From Gemmatimonadales bacterium (GTDB taxonomy: Bacteria > Gemmatimonadota > Gemmatimonadetes > Gemmatimonadales > GWC2-71-9): a stretch of 26,995 bases of DNA. The position numbers and the translations under genes are program-made. Each line of letters opens with the position of its first letter. The first letter of the stretch is position 1. Below the pieces are notes generated by a model. That model had not been told where the DNA came from. It ran no database searches and saw only the letters and a list, made by a program, of their open reading frames with translations. The stretch lies in assembly GCA_039794085.1 (NCBI GenBank), contig JBDIWC010000050.1, positions 1-26,995 of the forward strand, given 5' to 3'. Shown piece by piece: positions 1 through 8,706 of the stretch.

Positions 1-86
1 CCTTGGCCCAGCGCCAGCTCCACCTCGGACACGCGCCACGGGCTGGGGAGGCCCAGAATCCTGCTATACAGATCTCGATCTCTCAT
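1..86 (-). CDS. ISL3-family transposase, N-terminal fragment (runs off the window edge)
   Basis: Manual translation from the ATG at 86 (minus) gives MRDRDLYSRILGLPSPWRVSEVELALGQ, which resembles the L-Y-x-x-I-L-G-x-x-x-P-W-x-V start of ISL3 transposases. It is not in the ORF track. Confidence 0.8.
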   Translation of the reverse strand, partial: MRDRDLYSRILGLPSPWRVSEVELALGQ

Positions 87-126
87 GGATGCAGGCTAAC
101 TTACCCACTCGATCAGGGGAAGAGCC
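1..126 (-). mobile_element. Left end of an ISL3-family insertion sequence
   Basis: The minus strand from 126 reads GGCTCTTCCCCTGATCGAGTGGG. A GGCTCT(T) start is typical of ISL3 terminal inverted repeats. The transposase ATG lies 40 nt inside. Confidence 0.75.
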
Positions 127-868
127 CGTTATCGTATGGGGTCATCTCAGCCGGGACAAAACCCGTGGGGACCACGCTCCATCGGTTGGTGCCGTCCAGA
201 GCGGAGTACGCCGCGACGGTTCCAAACTGACGCGACAGGACGTACATCATCCCCTGGTCCCCATCGCACACGAGCCGGCCACGGATCGTCCCGCCGCGGG
301 TGATCGGCAGGTCCAACCCCACGGGCCCGCCAAACGAACGGAGCAGGGTGCCGTCCAGCGAGTACTCATGAAGGATGGTCCCGTCGCTGTAGGCGAGGAG
401 GAAGAGCCGCTCCCCCATGAGGCATGCATCAGCCGGCCATCCCGCGATTCCGAATGTTCGCGCGAAGGTGAGGCCACCAGAACCCAACGCAAACACCGAG
501 ATGCGACGGAGCATCGTGTCGAGCACAAGAACCGAGTCCCGCCGGACCGCCACCAGCTTCGGATTCCTGAATTCCCCCGGCCCGTCACCGATCCGGCCCT
601 CGGCGTCGAGCAGTGCTCCCTCAGGTGAGAAGAGAGAAAGGAGACCGGCCTTCCCGTCGAGCAGGAGGATCCTCCTGTCCCGCAGGGTGATGACGCCCGC
701 GATGTCACCGAAGACCTGGGAGGGCTCCCCGTCCTCCACACCGAGAGCGAGAATCCCTTCGGAGAGGGTGACCTCCGGAGCGCCGGTCTGTCCCATCGCA
801 CTGTTTACCCCTGCCAGCGAACACACTGACAGGACGGCAAGAACCTCGACAAACCATCGTCTGTTCAT
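113..868 (-). pseudogene. Secreted 6-bladed beta-propeller (NHL/TolB-like) protein, probably truncated by the IS
   Basis: N-terminal signal peptide and the motif GRIGDGPGEFRNP typical of this propeller family. The stop codon (113-115) lies inside the IS terminus and the last residues (LFP) are IS-encoded. Confidence 0.7.
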
Positions 869-931
869 TCATCCCATTCCCTCACAAGGGGCCTGCTGCC
901 CAGGATCTACCGACTACCCTTTCCACCTGGA

Positions 932-962
932 GCTCGGGCGACGCTGCCGCGTCGCCCCTGCC
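932..962. repeat. REP-like palindrome (GTAG-type variant), copy 1
   Basis: gctcGGGCGACGCtgccGCGTCGCCCctgcc matches 18744-18774 at 29 of 31 positions, with differences only in the loop. It lies just after the stop of the DUF6265-like gene. Confidence 0.8.
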
Positions 963-964
963 GC

Positions 965-1483
965 CTATCTCCGCTTCCTTCCGACGCCCGGACAGTCCAC
1001 CGCCTCAAGACGCACCTCGACATTCCGCGCGTCATACTCGTCGATCTTGTCGTTCCGGGCGATCAACGACCCGTCGGAGGCGAGCCGGTACATGATCCGC
1101 TGCGGGAAATTCTGGGTCCGGTTCTCCCAGATCGCGATCTCGTCCGACAACTGGGTGAGGGTGTAGTAGCTGGGGGTTCCCCCTTCGGTGGCCGCGATGT
1201 ACGCGATGCCCGAATCGGACTTCTCGATCCGGGTGAACTCGAAGGAGGTGGCCGTGTTCTTGGTCAGGTACCGGGTCGTGGCGAGCATGAGGTTGTCCGA
1301 CGGCGTGGTCCAGATCTCCTCCACCGTGGAGTTCTTCTCGCCGAACGGGGCGGCCCAGCACCCCGACATGAACTTGAGCTTGCCGAAGTCGAAGTCCTGG
1401 GCGAGGGCCGGGGTCGTCACCCCACCCGCCGCCAGGGGAAGAAGGAGAAGGATCCGGAACAGGGACACACGGCGACGCTTCAT
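965..1483 (-). CDS. DUF6265-like secreted protein
   Basis: Start refined to the ATG at 1483 (AAGGAG upstream). Signal peptide MKRRRVSLFRILLLLPLAAGG. Motifs L-x-F-M-x-G-C-W, EEIW and FPQRIMYR. Confidence 0.75.
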   Translation of the reverse strand: MKRRRVSLFRILLLLPLAAGGVTTPALAQDFDFGKLKFMSGCWAAPFGEKNSTVEEIWTTPSDNLMLATTRYLTKNTATSFEFTRIEKSDSGIAYIAATEGGTPSYYTLTQLSDEIAIWENRTQNFPQRIMYRLASDGSLIARNDKIDEYDARNVEVRLEAVDCPGVGRKRR

Positions 1484-1654
1484 GGGACTGCACTCCTTGA
1501 CTGCGAATTGGTTCCGATCGGTTCGTGCCACGGACTCGCCCTCCGAAGGGGACCGGGGCCACTCGGGGTATGGGGACGATTATCCTGCCCCGGGGAACAC
1601 GTCCCCCCCGAGGGTGCAGCTGTGTCCGTCCGACGTGGCACCCGGTTCCCCCTG

Positions 1655-1722
1655 ACGCAGCCACCGGGAAGTACAACACCCCCCCTTCACAGATCCCTCG
1701 GGCGTTGCCCTCGGGATGACGT
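1655..1722. repeat. Partial copy of the inverted-repeat element at 23713-23874
   Basis: acgcagcc-N4-ggaagtaca...cacagatccctc-N-tcgggatgacgt aligns with 23812-23876 (acgcagcc-N4-ggaagtgca...cacagatccctc-N-tcgggatgacgt). Confidence 0.7.
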
Positions 1723-1770
1723 TCCCAATTCTATCCCGGCGTCCGGTCCTCAAACCTCCCCGACGACACA

Positions 1771-1796
1771 CTTCGAACTTCACCCTTCGAACTTCC
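1771..1796. repeat. Heptamer tandem repeat (cttcgaa-type)
   Basis: cttcgaa cttcacc cttcgaa cttcc, similar to the cttcaaa array at 12331-12350. Confidence 0.6.
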
Positions 1797-1805
1797 TCCT
1801 CACCG

Positions 1806-1836
1806 TGGACCCTGGCGTTCGCCGGGGTGACGCTCC
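1806..1836. repeat. CGTC-tagged palindrome, copy 1
   Basis: tggaccctggcgttcgccggggtgacgctcc matches 12180-12210 at 30 of 31 positions. It lies 11 nt downstream of the paaZ stop. Confidence 0.85.
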
Positions 1837-1847
1837 CAAGGCTACCC

Positions 1848-3881
1848 CTACCTCCTCACCAGCGTCAGGATCACATAGCTCGCCACCGGCTCGTCGTCCT
1901 GATTGGTCACTTCCACGTCCCACGCCACCACGCCCTGGGGCGGCTGTCCCTCCACCGGCTCCTTGGCCGTCTTCTGCTTCACCGTAAGACGCGCCCGTAT
2001 CGTGTCCCCGGGGTAGACCGGCTTCACGAACCGCAGGGTCTCCAACCCGTAGTTGGCGAGCACCGGCCCCGGCGCGGGATCCACAAAGAGACCCGCCGCC
2101 GCCGACAGCACGAAATACCCGTGGGCCACCCGCCGCTCGAAGATCGAATCCCGGGCGGCCAGCTCATCAGTGTGGGCGTAGAAGGTGTCGCCGCTCACGC
2201 CGGCAAAGTTCACGATGTCGGCCTCGGTGACGGTGCGCCGATGGGTGAGGCGCGACTCCCCGATCTCCAGCTCGTCGAAGGTTTTCCGGAAGGGATGCAC
2301 CCCATCCGACGTGGTGTCGGCGCCGCGGGTCCACTCCCCGGTGATCCGGGCCAGCGTCGTGGGCGACCCCTGGATCGCGGTCCGCTGCATGTAGTGCATC
2401 ACCCCGCGGGCTCCCCCCATCTCTTCCCCACCGCCGGCGCGTCCCGGGCCCCCGTGCACCAGGTGCGGCAATGGCGACCCATGCCCGGTCGACTCCCGGG
2501 CCGCGTGACGGTTCATCACCATGATCCGCCCATGCCACGCCGCAGTGCCGAGCACCACATCCCGCGCGATGCGATCATCGGCGGTGAAGAGGGATCCGAC
2601 CAGGCTCCCCTTCCCCCGCTTGGCCAGCGCGATGGCATCGTCCACGGTGTCGTACGGCATCACCGTGTTGACCGGCCCGAACGGCTCGATGTCGTGCGCC
2701 TGGGTGTTGGTGAACGGCTGGTCGCAGTACAGAAGCAGCGCCGGGAAGAAGGCGCCCCGTTCCCGGTCTCCCCCGTCCAACGCAAAATCCTCGAGCTGGC
2801 CATGCACGAGTTCACACCCGGCGCGGAGGGCCTCCACCGTCCGCCGGACCTCGTCCACCTGGCCTCGGCTCACCAGCGGCCCCATGCGCACCCCCTCCCG
2901 GGCCGGATCGCCCAGCACCGCCTTGTCCAGCCTCTTCCCGATCGCGTCCACCACCGAATCGACCCGATCGGCCGGCACGATCGTCCGCCGGATCGCAGTG
3001 CACTTCTGTCCCGCCTTCACCGTCATCTCCCGGACCACCTCCTTCACGAAGAGATCGAACTCCTCCATGCCGGGAGTGACGTCGGGACCGAGGATGCAGC
3101 AATTGAGGGAGTCCGCCTCCATGTTGAAGCGGACCGAGTTCTCGATCATGGCCGGGTGGACCTTGAGCTTCCGGCCCGTGACGGCGGATCCGGTGAAGGT
3201 TACCACGTCCTGGCAGGTGACGTGATCCAGCAGGTCGCCGGCTCCGCCACAGATGAGCTGCAGCGCTCCCTCCGGCAGAATCCCCGACTCCAGCATCACC
3301 TGAACCATGCGATGGGTGAGATAGCTCGTGGCCGTGGCCGGCTTCACGATGGCCGGCATCCCGCCGAGGAAAGTGGGGGCGAGTTTCTCGAGCATGCCCC
3401 AGCAGGGGAAGTTGAAGGCGTTGATGTGGACCGCGGTTCCCTCCAGCGGCACCGCGAGATGCCGGCCCACGAAGGTGCCCCCCTTCGAGATCGGCTCCAC
3501 GCCGCCGTCGAGGTGGAAGCGCTCATCGGGGAACTCCCGCCGCCCCTTGCTCGCGTACACGAAGAAGGTGCCGATGCCCCCCTCGATGTCGATCCACGAG
3601 TCGGTCTTCGTGGCCCCGGTGGCGGCACTGAGCGGATAGAACTCGTCTTTGCGCGACATCAGATACTGGGCCATCGCCTTCAGCATCCGCGCCCGTTCGT
3701 GGAAGGTCATCGCCCGGAGCGCCGGCCCGCCAACGTCCCGCCCCCAGGCGAGCATTCCGGCAAAGTCGAGTCCGGTGCTCGTGGCATGGGCCACCGGCTC
3801 GCCGGTCACCGCATGACAGAGCGCGGTTCCGTCTCCTGTCCCTTCCACCCACTGTCCGCCCGCATAGCTCGGCAACTTCAT
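1848..3881 (-). CDS. paaZ: Bifunctional oxepin-CoA hydrolase / 3-oxo-5,6-dehydrosuberyl-CoA semialdehyde dehydrogenase
   Basis: 677 aa. ALDH domain (INAFNFP, FTGS, EADSLN, GQKCTA) fused to a C-terminal MaoC hot-dog domain ([16 protein letters not shown]). paa context. Confidence 0.96.
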   Translation of the reverse strand: MKLPSYAGGQWVEGTGDGTALCHAVTGEPVAHATSTGLDFAGMLAWGRDVGGPALRAMTFHERARMLKAMAQYLMSRKDEFYPLSAATGATKTDSWIDIEGGIGTFFVYASKGRREFPDERFHLDGGVEPISKGGTFVGRHLAVPLEGTAVHINAFNFPCWGMLEKLAPTFLGGMPAIVKPATATSYLTHRMVQVMLESGILPEGALQLICGGAGDLLDHVTCQDVVTFTGSAVTGRKLKVHPAMIENSVRFNMEADSLNCCILGPDVTPGMEEFDLFVKEVVREMTVKAGQKCTAIRRTIVPADRVDSVVDAIGKRLDKAVLGDPAREGVRMGPLVSRGQVDEVRRTVEALRAGCELVHGQLEDFALDGGDRERGAFFPALLLYCDQPFTNTQAHDIEPFGPVNTVMPYDTVDDAIALAKRGKGSLVGSLFTADDRIARDVVLGTAAWHGRIMVMNRHAARESTGHGSPLPHLVHGGPGRAGGGEEMGGARGVMHYMQRTAIQGSPTTLARITGEWTRGADTTSDGVHPFRKTFDELEIGESRLTHRRTVTEADIVNFAGVSGDTFYAHTDELAARDSIFERRVAHGYFVLSAAAGLFVDPAPGPVLANYGLETLRFVKPVYPGDTIRARLTVKQKTAKEPVEGQPPQGVVAWDVEVTNQDDEPVASYVILTLVRR

Positions 3882-4537
3882 TCCTGCGACTCCTTGGCTG
3901 AAGTGGCGGGAGACGGTGCACCACTCGGCGCACCCTCCTGTCGAGTGATGGTCCAGGGCCGGTACCCCCCCCCCACCTCCTGCACCGGGCGGTCCGCGGG
4001 CACGCTCCGCAGCGGCTCCACCGCCCGGAGCGAGCGATCACACGCCTCCGGCAATCGTTGATAGAGCCGCGTGCCCTCGGTTTTCCAGGCGAGCATCTCG
4101 TCGCTCACCTCCTTCACGACCCGGGCGGGGTTCCCCACCACCACCGACCGGTCCGGAATCCGCATCTCGGCCGGCACGAAGGCAAGAGCCCCCACGATGC
4201 ACTCCGCCCCCACCACGGCCTGGTCCATCAGTACCGCGTTCATCCCTATCAGGCTGTTGCGTCCCACCTGCGCCCCGTGCACCACCGCGCCGTGCCCGAT
4301 GTGCGCCCCCGTCTCCAGCCGGACCGTGATGCCCGGGAACATGTGGACGGTGCAGTTCTCCTGCACGTTGCACCCCGCCTCGAGCACGATGCCCCCCCAG
4401 TCCCCCCGGATTGCGGCGCCCGGGCCGATGTAGCAGTCGGGCCCGATGATCACGTTGCCCGTCACCGCCGCCTGCGGATGCACGAAGGCCGTCGGGTCCA
4501 CCACCGGGATGAACCCCTCGAAGGCGTAGCAGGTCAC
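3878..4537 (-). CDS. paaY: PaaY-like hexapeptide-repeat (gamma-carbonic-anhydrase family) protein
   Basis: [30 protein letters not shown] and HIGHGA motifs. Its stop overlaps the paaZ start (ATGA). Confidence 0.9.
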   Translation of the reverse strand: MTCYAFEGFIPVVDPTAFVHPQAAVTGNVIIGPDCYIGPGAAIRGDWGGIVLEAGCNVQENCTVHMFPGITVRLETGAHIGHGAVVHGAQVGRNSLIGMNAVLMDQAVVGAECIVGALAFVPAEMRIPDRSVVVGNPARVVKEVSDEMLAWKTEGTRLYQRLPEACDRSLRAVEPLRSVPADRPVQEVGGGYRPWTITRQEGAPSGAPSPATSAKESQE

Positions 4538-4584
4538 GACCCGCCCCGGGTTGGTGCCGGAGACGTGCAGAATCTCCGATCAAC

Positions 4585-4863
4585 CGTCATCCCCGCGAAA
4601 GAACAGCTCCTCACGCGGAGACGCGGAGGCGCGGAGGGGTGTACAAGGCTGGGATGACCGGCAACTCCAGGCCCTGAGAAATGAGTGACCCCACTCCCCA
4701 ACCACCAACCATCACAGGGAGTTCGGGGTACGAGGGGTGATCTCATCGACTCAACCTCCGCGTCTCCGCGTCTCCGCGTGAGCCCACTCCGGATCCCGGG
4801 AGGCACGACCCCACAGGGAACCCCGAGGCGCCGAAAATGGATCCCTGCGTGCGCGGCACTGAC
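4585..4863. repeat. Nested inverted-repeat composite between paaJ and paaY
   Basis: Inner 28-bp inverted pair of octamer arrays at 4610-4637 and 4755-4782 (1 mismatch). Outer degenerate CGTC-type halves at 4585-4601 (cgtcatccccgcgaaag) and 4838-4863 (tggatccctgcgtgcgcggcactgac). Confidence 0.8.
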
Positions 4864-4909
4864 CGGCAGGGGCCGCCTCGCCAATCGACCAAGGTATCCC
4901 TGAGTTGCG

Positions 4910-6127
4910 TCATCCGGCCCGCTCCAGGATCGTGGCCATCCCCTGCCCCACGCCGATGCACATGGTGCAGAGCGCGTAACGGCCACCCGTCTCCCTCAGT
5001 TGATGCGCCGCCGTGAGGAGAAGCCGTGCACCCGACATCCCGAGCGGGTGTCCCAGCGCGATCGCCCCGCCGTTCGGATTGATCCGGGCGTCGTCATCGG
5101 CCAGGCCGAACTCACGGGTACAGGCCAGCGACTGCGCGGCAAAGGCCTCGTTCAACTCGATCACGTCCATGTCGTCCATGGTGAGCCCAGCCCTTGCGAG
5201 TGCCATCCGCGACGCCGGCACCGGGCCGATCCCCATCACCCGCGGTTCCACCCCCGCCACGCCGGACGACACCACCCGCGCGAGCGGCGCAACACCCAGC
5301 GCCTCGACTCCAGCCTCGCTCGCGAGCAGAAGGGCGCACGCCCCGTCGTTGATCCCGCTCGAGTTTCCCGCCGTCACCGTGCCGCCGGACCGGAACGCGG
5401 GCCGCAGCTTCGCCAGGGCCTCCAGGGTGGTCCCGGGACGGAGAAACTCGTCCTCCCGCATCACCACCGGCTCCGGCTGCCGCCGGCTGGCCGACACCGT
5501 CTCAACCGCCACGATCTCCCGCTCGAATCGCCCGCCACTCCGGGCCCGCGCCGCCTTCTCCTGCGACCAGACCGCGAACCGGTCCTGATCCTCCCGCGCG
5601 ATAGCAAACCGTTCCGCCACGTTCTCGGCCGTCTCCCCCATGGCGTCGGTTCCGTAGCGTTCTTTCATCACCGGATTGACGAAGCGCCACCCGATGCTGG
5701 TGTCGAAGAGTTCCGCGGTCCGGGCCCAGGCCTGCGGGGCCTTCGACATCACGTAGGGCGCCCGGGTCATCTGCTCCACGCCACCCGCGAGGTACAGGTC
5801 TCCCTCCCCCAATTTGATGGCCCGCGCGGCCGACACCGCCGCACTCATGCCCGAGGCGCAGAGCCGGTTCACCGTTTCCCCCGGCACCGACCAGGGGAGC
5901 CCCGCCAGGAGCAGCGCCATGCGCGCCACGTTCCGGTTGTCCTCCCCCGCCTGGTTGGCGCACCCCAGGATCACGTCGGTAATCCCCGCCGGGTCGAGAC
6001 CGGGGTGACGCGACAGGAGCGACCGCAGAACGTGCGCCGCGAGGTCGTCCGCCCGAACCGGCGCCAGACCGCCGCCGAACGCCCCGATCGGAGTGCGAAC
6101 CCCATCCACCAGAAATGCCTCGGCCAT
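4910..6127 (-). CDS. paaJ: 3-oxoadipyl-CoA / 3-oxo-5,6-dehydrosuberyl-CoA thiolase (PaaJ/PcaF)
   Basis: GCANQAGEDNRNVARM, NRLCASG, NEAFA, GHPLGMSG and CIGVGQG motifs. Start refined to the ATG at 6127 (GGAG upstream). Confidence 0.94.
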   Translation of the reverse strand: MAEAFLVDGVRTPIGAFGGGLAPVRADDLAAHVLRSLLSRHPGLDPAGITDVILGCANQAGEDNRNVARMALLLAGLPWSVPGETVNRLCASGMSAAVSAARAIKLGEGDLYLAGGVEQMTRAPYVMSKAPQAWARTAELFDTSIGWRFVNPVMKERYGTDAMGETAENVAERFAIAREDQDRFAVWSQEKAARARSGGRFEREIVAVETVSASRRQPEPVVMREDEFLRPGTTLEALAKLRPAFRSGGTVTAGNSSGINDGACALLLASEAGVEALGVAPLARVVSSGVAGVEPRVMGIGPVPASRMALARAGLTMDDMDVIELNEAFAAQSLACTREFGLADDDARINPNGGAIALGHPLGMSGARLLLTAAHQLRETGGRYALCTMCIGVGQGMATILERAG

Positions 6128-6278
6128 GCCGTCTCCCGCTCCTGTCTGTGTCAATCGGCCCGATTCACGCGCCGGGCCCTCGTCAATCCGGGGAAATCTA
6201 GTTTATTTGTCGAGCGAGCGAATCGTATCGTACCACGCGGAAGAACCACCCGTACCACCTGACTGACCCCGGAGCACC

Positions 6279-7061
6279 ATGGCGTATCGGTACATCGAGC
6301 ATGAGGAGGGAGACGGAGTCGCCCGGATCGTCCTCAACCGGCCCGACGTCCTCAACAGCATCCACACGGCGATGGCGGACGAGATCCGGCAGGCGCTGGA
6401 CGCGGCCGCCCGCCCCGAGATCCGCGCCGTGTATCTCACCGGAGCGGGCCGGGCCTTCTGCGCGGGCCAGGACCTCGCCGAGGTGGCACCCGGGTCGGGC
6501 CGGGAGGACTTCGCTCAGCAGGTGCGCACCGTCTACACCCCGCTGGTGCTCGCCATCCGGCGCCTGGACAAGCCGGTGGTCTGCGGAGTGAACGGGGTCG
6601 CGGCGGGTGCGGGCGCCAATCTGGCCCTGGCCTGTGATCTGGTGGTCGCGGCCGAATCGGCCTCCTTCGTCCAGGCCTTTGCCAGGATCGGTCTCGTGCC
6701 CGACACCGGGGGAACCTGGTTTCTCCCCCGACTCGTCGGCCTGGCCCGGGCCACCGCCCTCACGATGCTCGGCGAGAAGCTCGCGGCCGCGGAGGCGGAG
6801 CGAATCGGGATGATTCACCGGGTCTGTCCCGATGCGGAGCTGGAGGCGGTGGCGGGAGGGCTCGCGCGCCACCTCGCCACCCAACCGACCACCGGGCTCG
6901 CCCTCACCAAGCGTGCCCTGCACGCCTCTCTCTCAAACTCACTGGAGTCCCAATTGGAGCTGGAAGCCGAGTCGCAGGGCATCGCGGGCCGCACTGCCGA
7001 CTACGCCGAGGGGGTCGCCGCATTTCAGGCCCGGCGGGCGCCCTCCTTCACGGGGCGCTGA
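6279..7061 (+). CDS. paaG: 2-(1,2-epoxy-1,2-dihydrophenyl)acetyl-CoA isomerase (crotonase family)
   Basis: FCAGQDL, GVAAGAGANLALACD and IGLVPDTGG (PaaG-type Asp). GGAG RBS. Confidence 0.9.
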   Translation: MAYRYIEHEEGDGVARIVLNRPDVLNSIHTAMADEIRQALDAAARPEIRAVYLTGAGRAFCAGQDLAEVAPGSGREDFAQQVRTVYTPLVLAIRRLDKPVVCGVNGVAAGAGANLALACDLVVAAESASFVQAFARIGLVPDTGGTWFLPRLVGLARATALTMLGEKLAAAEAERIGMIHRVCPDAELEAVAGGLARHLATQPTTGLALTKRALHASLSNSLESQLELEAESQGIAGRTADYAEGVAAFQARRAPSFTGR

Positions 7062-7063
7062 GC

Positions 7064-8248
7064 GTGGCCATTCTCACCAGGGGCACCACCGTGGGCGTGC
7101 TGGGCGCCGGCACCATGGGCGCCGGGATCGCACAGGTGGCGGCCACGGCGGGCCATCCCGTGCAGCTCATGGATGCGAGTGCCAGCGCCATCGAGCGGGC
7201 CCGGACCGACCTGCGCCGCCTCCTCGACCGTCAGGTGGCCAAGAACCGCCTCAGCACCACCGACGCCGACGCCATCTTCGGCCGCGTCTCCTTTCATGCC
7301 GGCACCGATCCCGCCCCGTTCGCCCCCGCCGGAATCGTCATCGAAGCGATCATCGAGCAGCTGGAGGCCAAGCGACAGGCCTTCCTCCAGATCGAGCAGG
7401 TCGTGTCGCCGGCCACGATCCTGGCCACCAACACCTCCTCCCTCTCGGTCACCGCGGTGGCGGGGGCCCTGGTCCACCCGGACCGCGTGGTCGGGATCCA
7501 TTTCTTCAACCCCGCGCCGCTCATGCCCCTGGTGGAGGTCGTGCCGGGACACCGCACCACAGCCGCCGTGACCGACGCCGCCGCCGCCGTCGTGCGCCGC
7601 TGGGACAAGACGGTGGTCATCGCGAAGGACACGCCGGGGTTCATCGTCAACCGCGTGGCTCGGCCCTTCTACGGCGAGGCGCTCCGAATCCTGGAGGAGC
7701 AGATCGCCGACGCCGCCACCGTCGACTGGGCGATGCGCGAACTCGGCGGGTTCCGCATGGGGCCCTTCGAGCTCATGGACCTGATCGGAAACGACGTCAA
7801 CTTCGCCGTGACCTGCTCGGTGTTCGAGGCCTTCTTCGGGGACCCCCGCTACCGCCCCTCGATCACCCAGCAACGGATGGTCGAGGCCGGCCTCCTGGGA
7901 CGGAAGACCGGACAGGGACACTTCTCCTATGCCGCGGACGCCAAAGCGCCTCAACCCACCCGCGACACCGATCTCGGCCGCCGGATCGTGGATCGCATCC
8001 TCGCCATGCTGATCAACGAGGCCGCCGAGGCAGTGCGTCTCGGGATCGCAACGATTGAGGACATCGAGACGGCGATGACCCGCGGCGTCAATTATCCGAA
8101 GGGGCTCCTCGCCTGGGGTGACGAGATCGGGTGGAGCGAAGTTCTCACTCGGCTGACCGCCCTGCAACAGGAGTACGGTGAGGATCGATACCGGCCAAGC
8201 CCCCTGGTGCGTCGTCTCGCAGCAGATGGCGGAACCCTCACCCGATGA
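7064..8248 (+). CDS. paaH: 3-hydroxyadipyl-CoA (3-hydroxyacyl-CoA) dehydrogenase
   Basis: GAGTMGAGIAQ, NTSSLS, HFFNPAP and DTPGFIVNR motifs, plus two C-terminal 3HCDH helical modules. GTG start 2 nt after paaG. Confidence 0.9.
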   Translation: MAILTRGTTVGVLGAGTMGAGIAQVAATAGHPVQLMDASASAIERARTDLRRLLDRQVAKNRLSTTDADAIFGRVSFHAGTDPAPFAPAGIVIEAIIEQLEAKRQAFLQIEQVVSPATILATNTSSLSVTAVAGALVHPDRVVGIHFFNPAPLMPLVEVVPGHRTTAAVTDAAAAVVRRWDKTVVIAKDTPGFIVNRVARPFYGEALRILEEQIADAATVDWAMRELGGFRMGPFELMDLIGNDVNFAVTCSVFEAFFGDPRYRPSITQQRMVEAGLLGRKTGQGHFSYAADAKAPQPTRDTDLGRRIVDRILAMLINEAAEAVRLGIATIEDIETAMTRGVNYPKGLLAWGDEIGWSEVLTRLTALQQEYGEDRYRPSPLVRRLAADGGTLTR

Positions 8249-8703
8249 TGACCTCCGCTCCCGCTCTCCTGCAGGCCCAGCGGATCGTCGCGGCCATGAT
8301 GTCGCAGGACCGCTTCAGCCAGTGGCTCGGCATCGAGATTCTCGACGTGGCACCGGGCACGGTGCAGCTTGCAATGCGGGTTCGGCCGGACATGGTGAAC
8401 GGCCTTGGCGTCTGTCACGGGGGAGTGACCTTTGCCCTGGCTGACAGCGCCCTGGCCTTTGCCTCCAATGGTCACGGCCGGGTGGCCTTCAGCGTGGACA
8501 CGAGCATCACCCATTCCGCTCCCGTCCGTGACGGCGACATCCTCACCGCCCACGCGACAGAGGAGGGAACGACGAAACGTCTCGGCTTCTATCGCGTCAC
8601 CGTGACCAACCAGAACGGCACGCCCGTGGCCTGGTTCCGAGGCACCGTGCTTCGAACCGACACCGCGCACGAGATCGCCCCCTCCTCCCGGACGGAGCAG
8701 TAG
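8245..8703 (+). CDS. paaI: (Hydroxy)phenylacetyl-CoA thioesterase, hot-dog fold
   Basis: NGLGVCHGGVTFALADSALAFASN motif. ATGA overlap with paaH. Confidence 0.92.
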   Translation: MMTSAPALLQAQRIVAAMMSQDRFSQWLGIEILDVAPGTVQLAMRVRPDMVNGLGVCHGGVTFALADSALAFASNGHGRVAFSVDTSITHSAPVRDGDILTAHATEEGTTKRLGFYRVTVTNQNGTPVAWFRGTVLRTDTAHEIAPSSRTEQ

Positions 8704-8706
8704 ACC

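Noticed and set aside
1524..1645. Sigma54 promoters at TGGCAC hexamers
   Set aside because: Neither has the required TTGC at the -12 position.
1716..4061. 781-aa plus-strand ORF antisense to paaZ
   Set aside because: Shadow ORF expected from high-GC codon bias, with no recognisable motifs.
4534..4986. Small ORFs in repeat-rich gaps (also 11995-12547, 23526-23931 and 26618-26959)
   Set aside because: Their peptides (TRRRGDAE, HEGTKARR, VIPNGSEGS) are translations of the DNA repeats, with no other coding evidence.
6128..6278. PaaX or PaaR operator in the divergent paaJ/paaG gap
   Set aside because: There is an AT-rich patch, but no convincing palindrome matching operator patterns I know.
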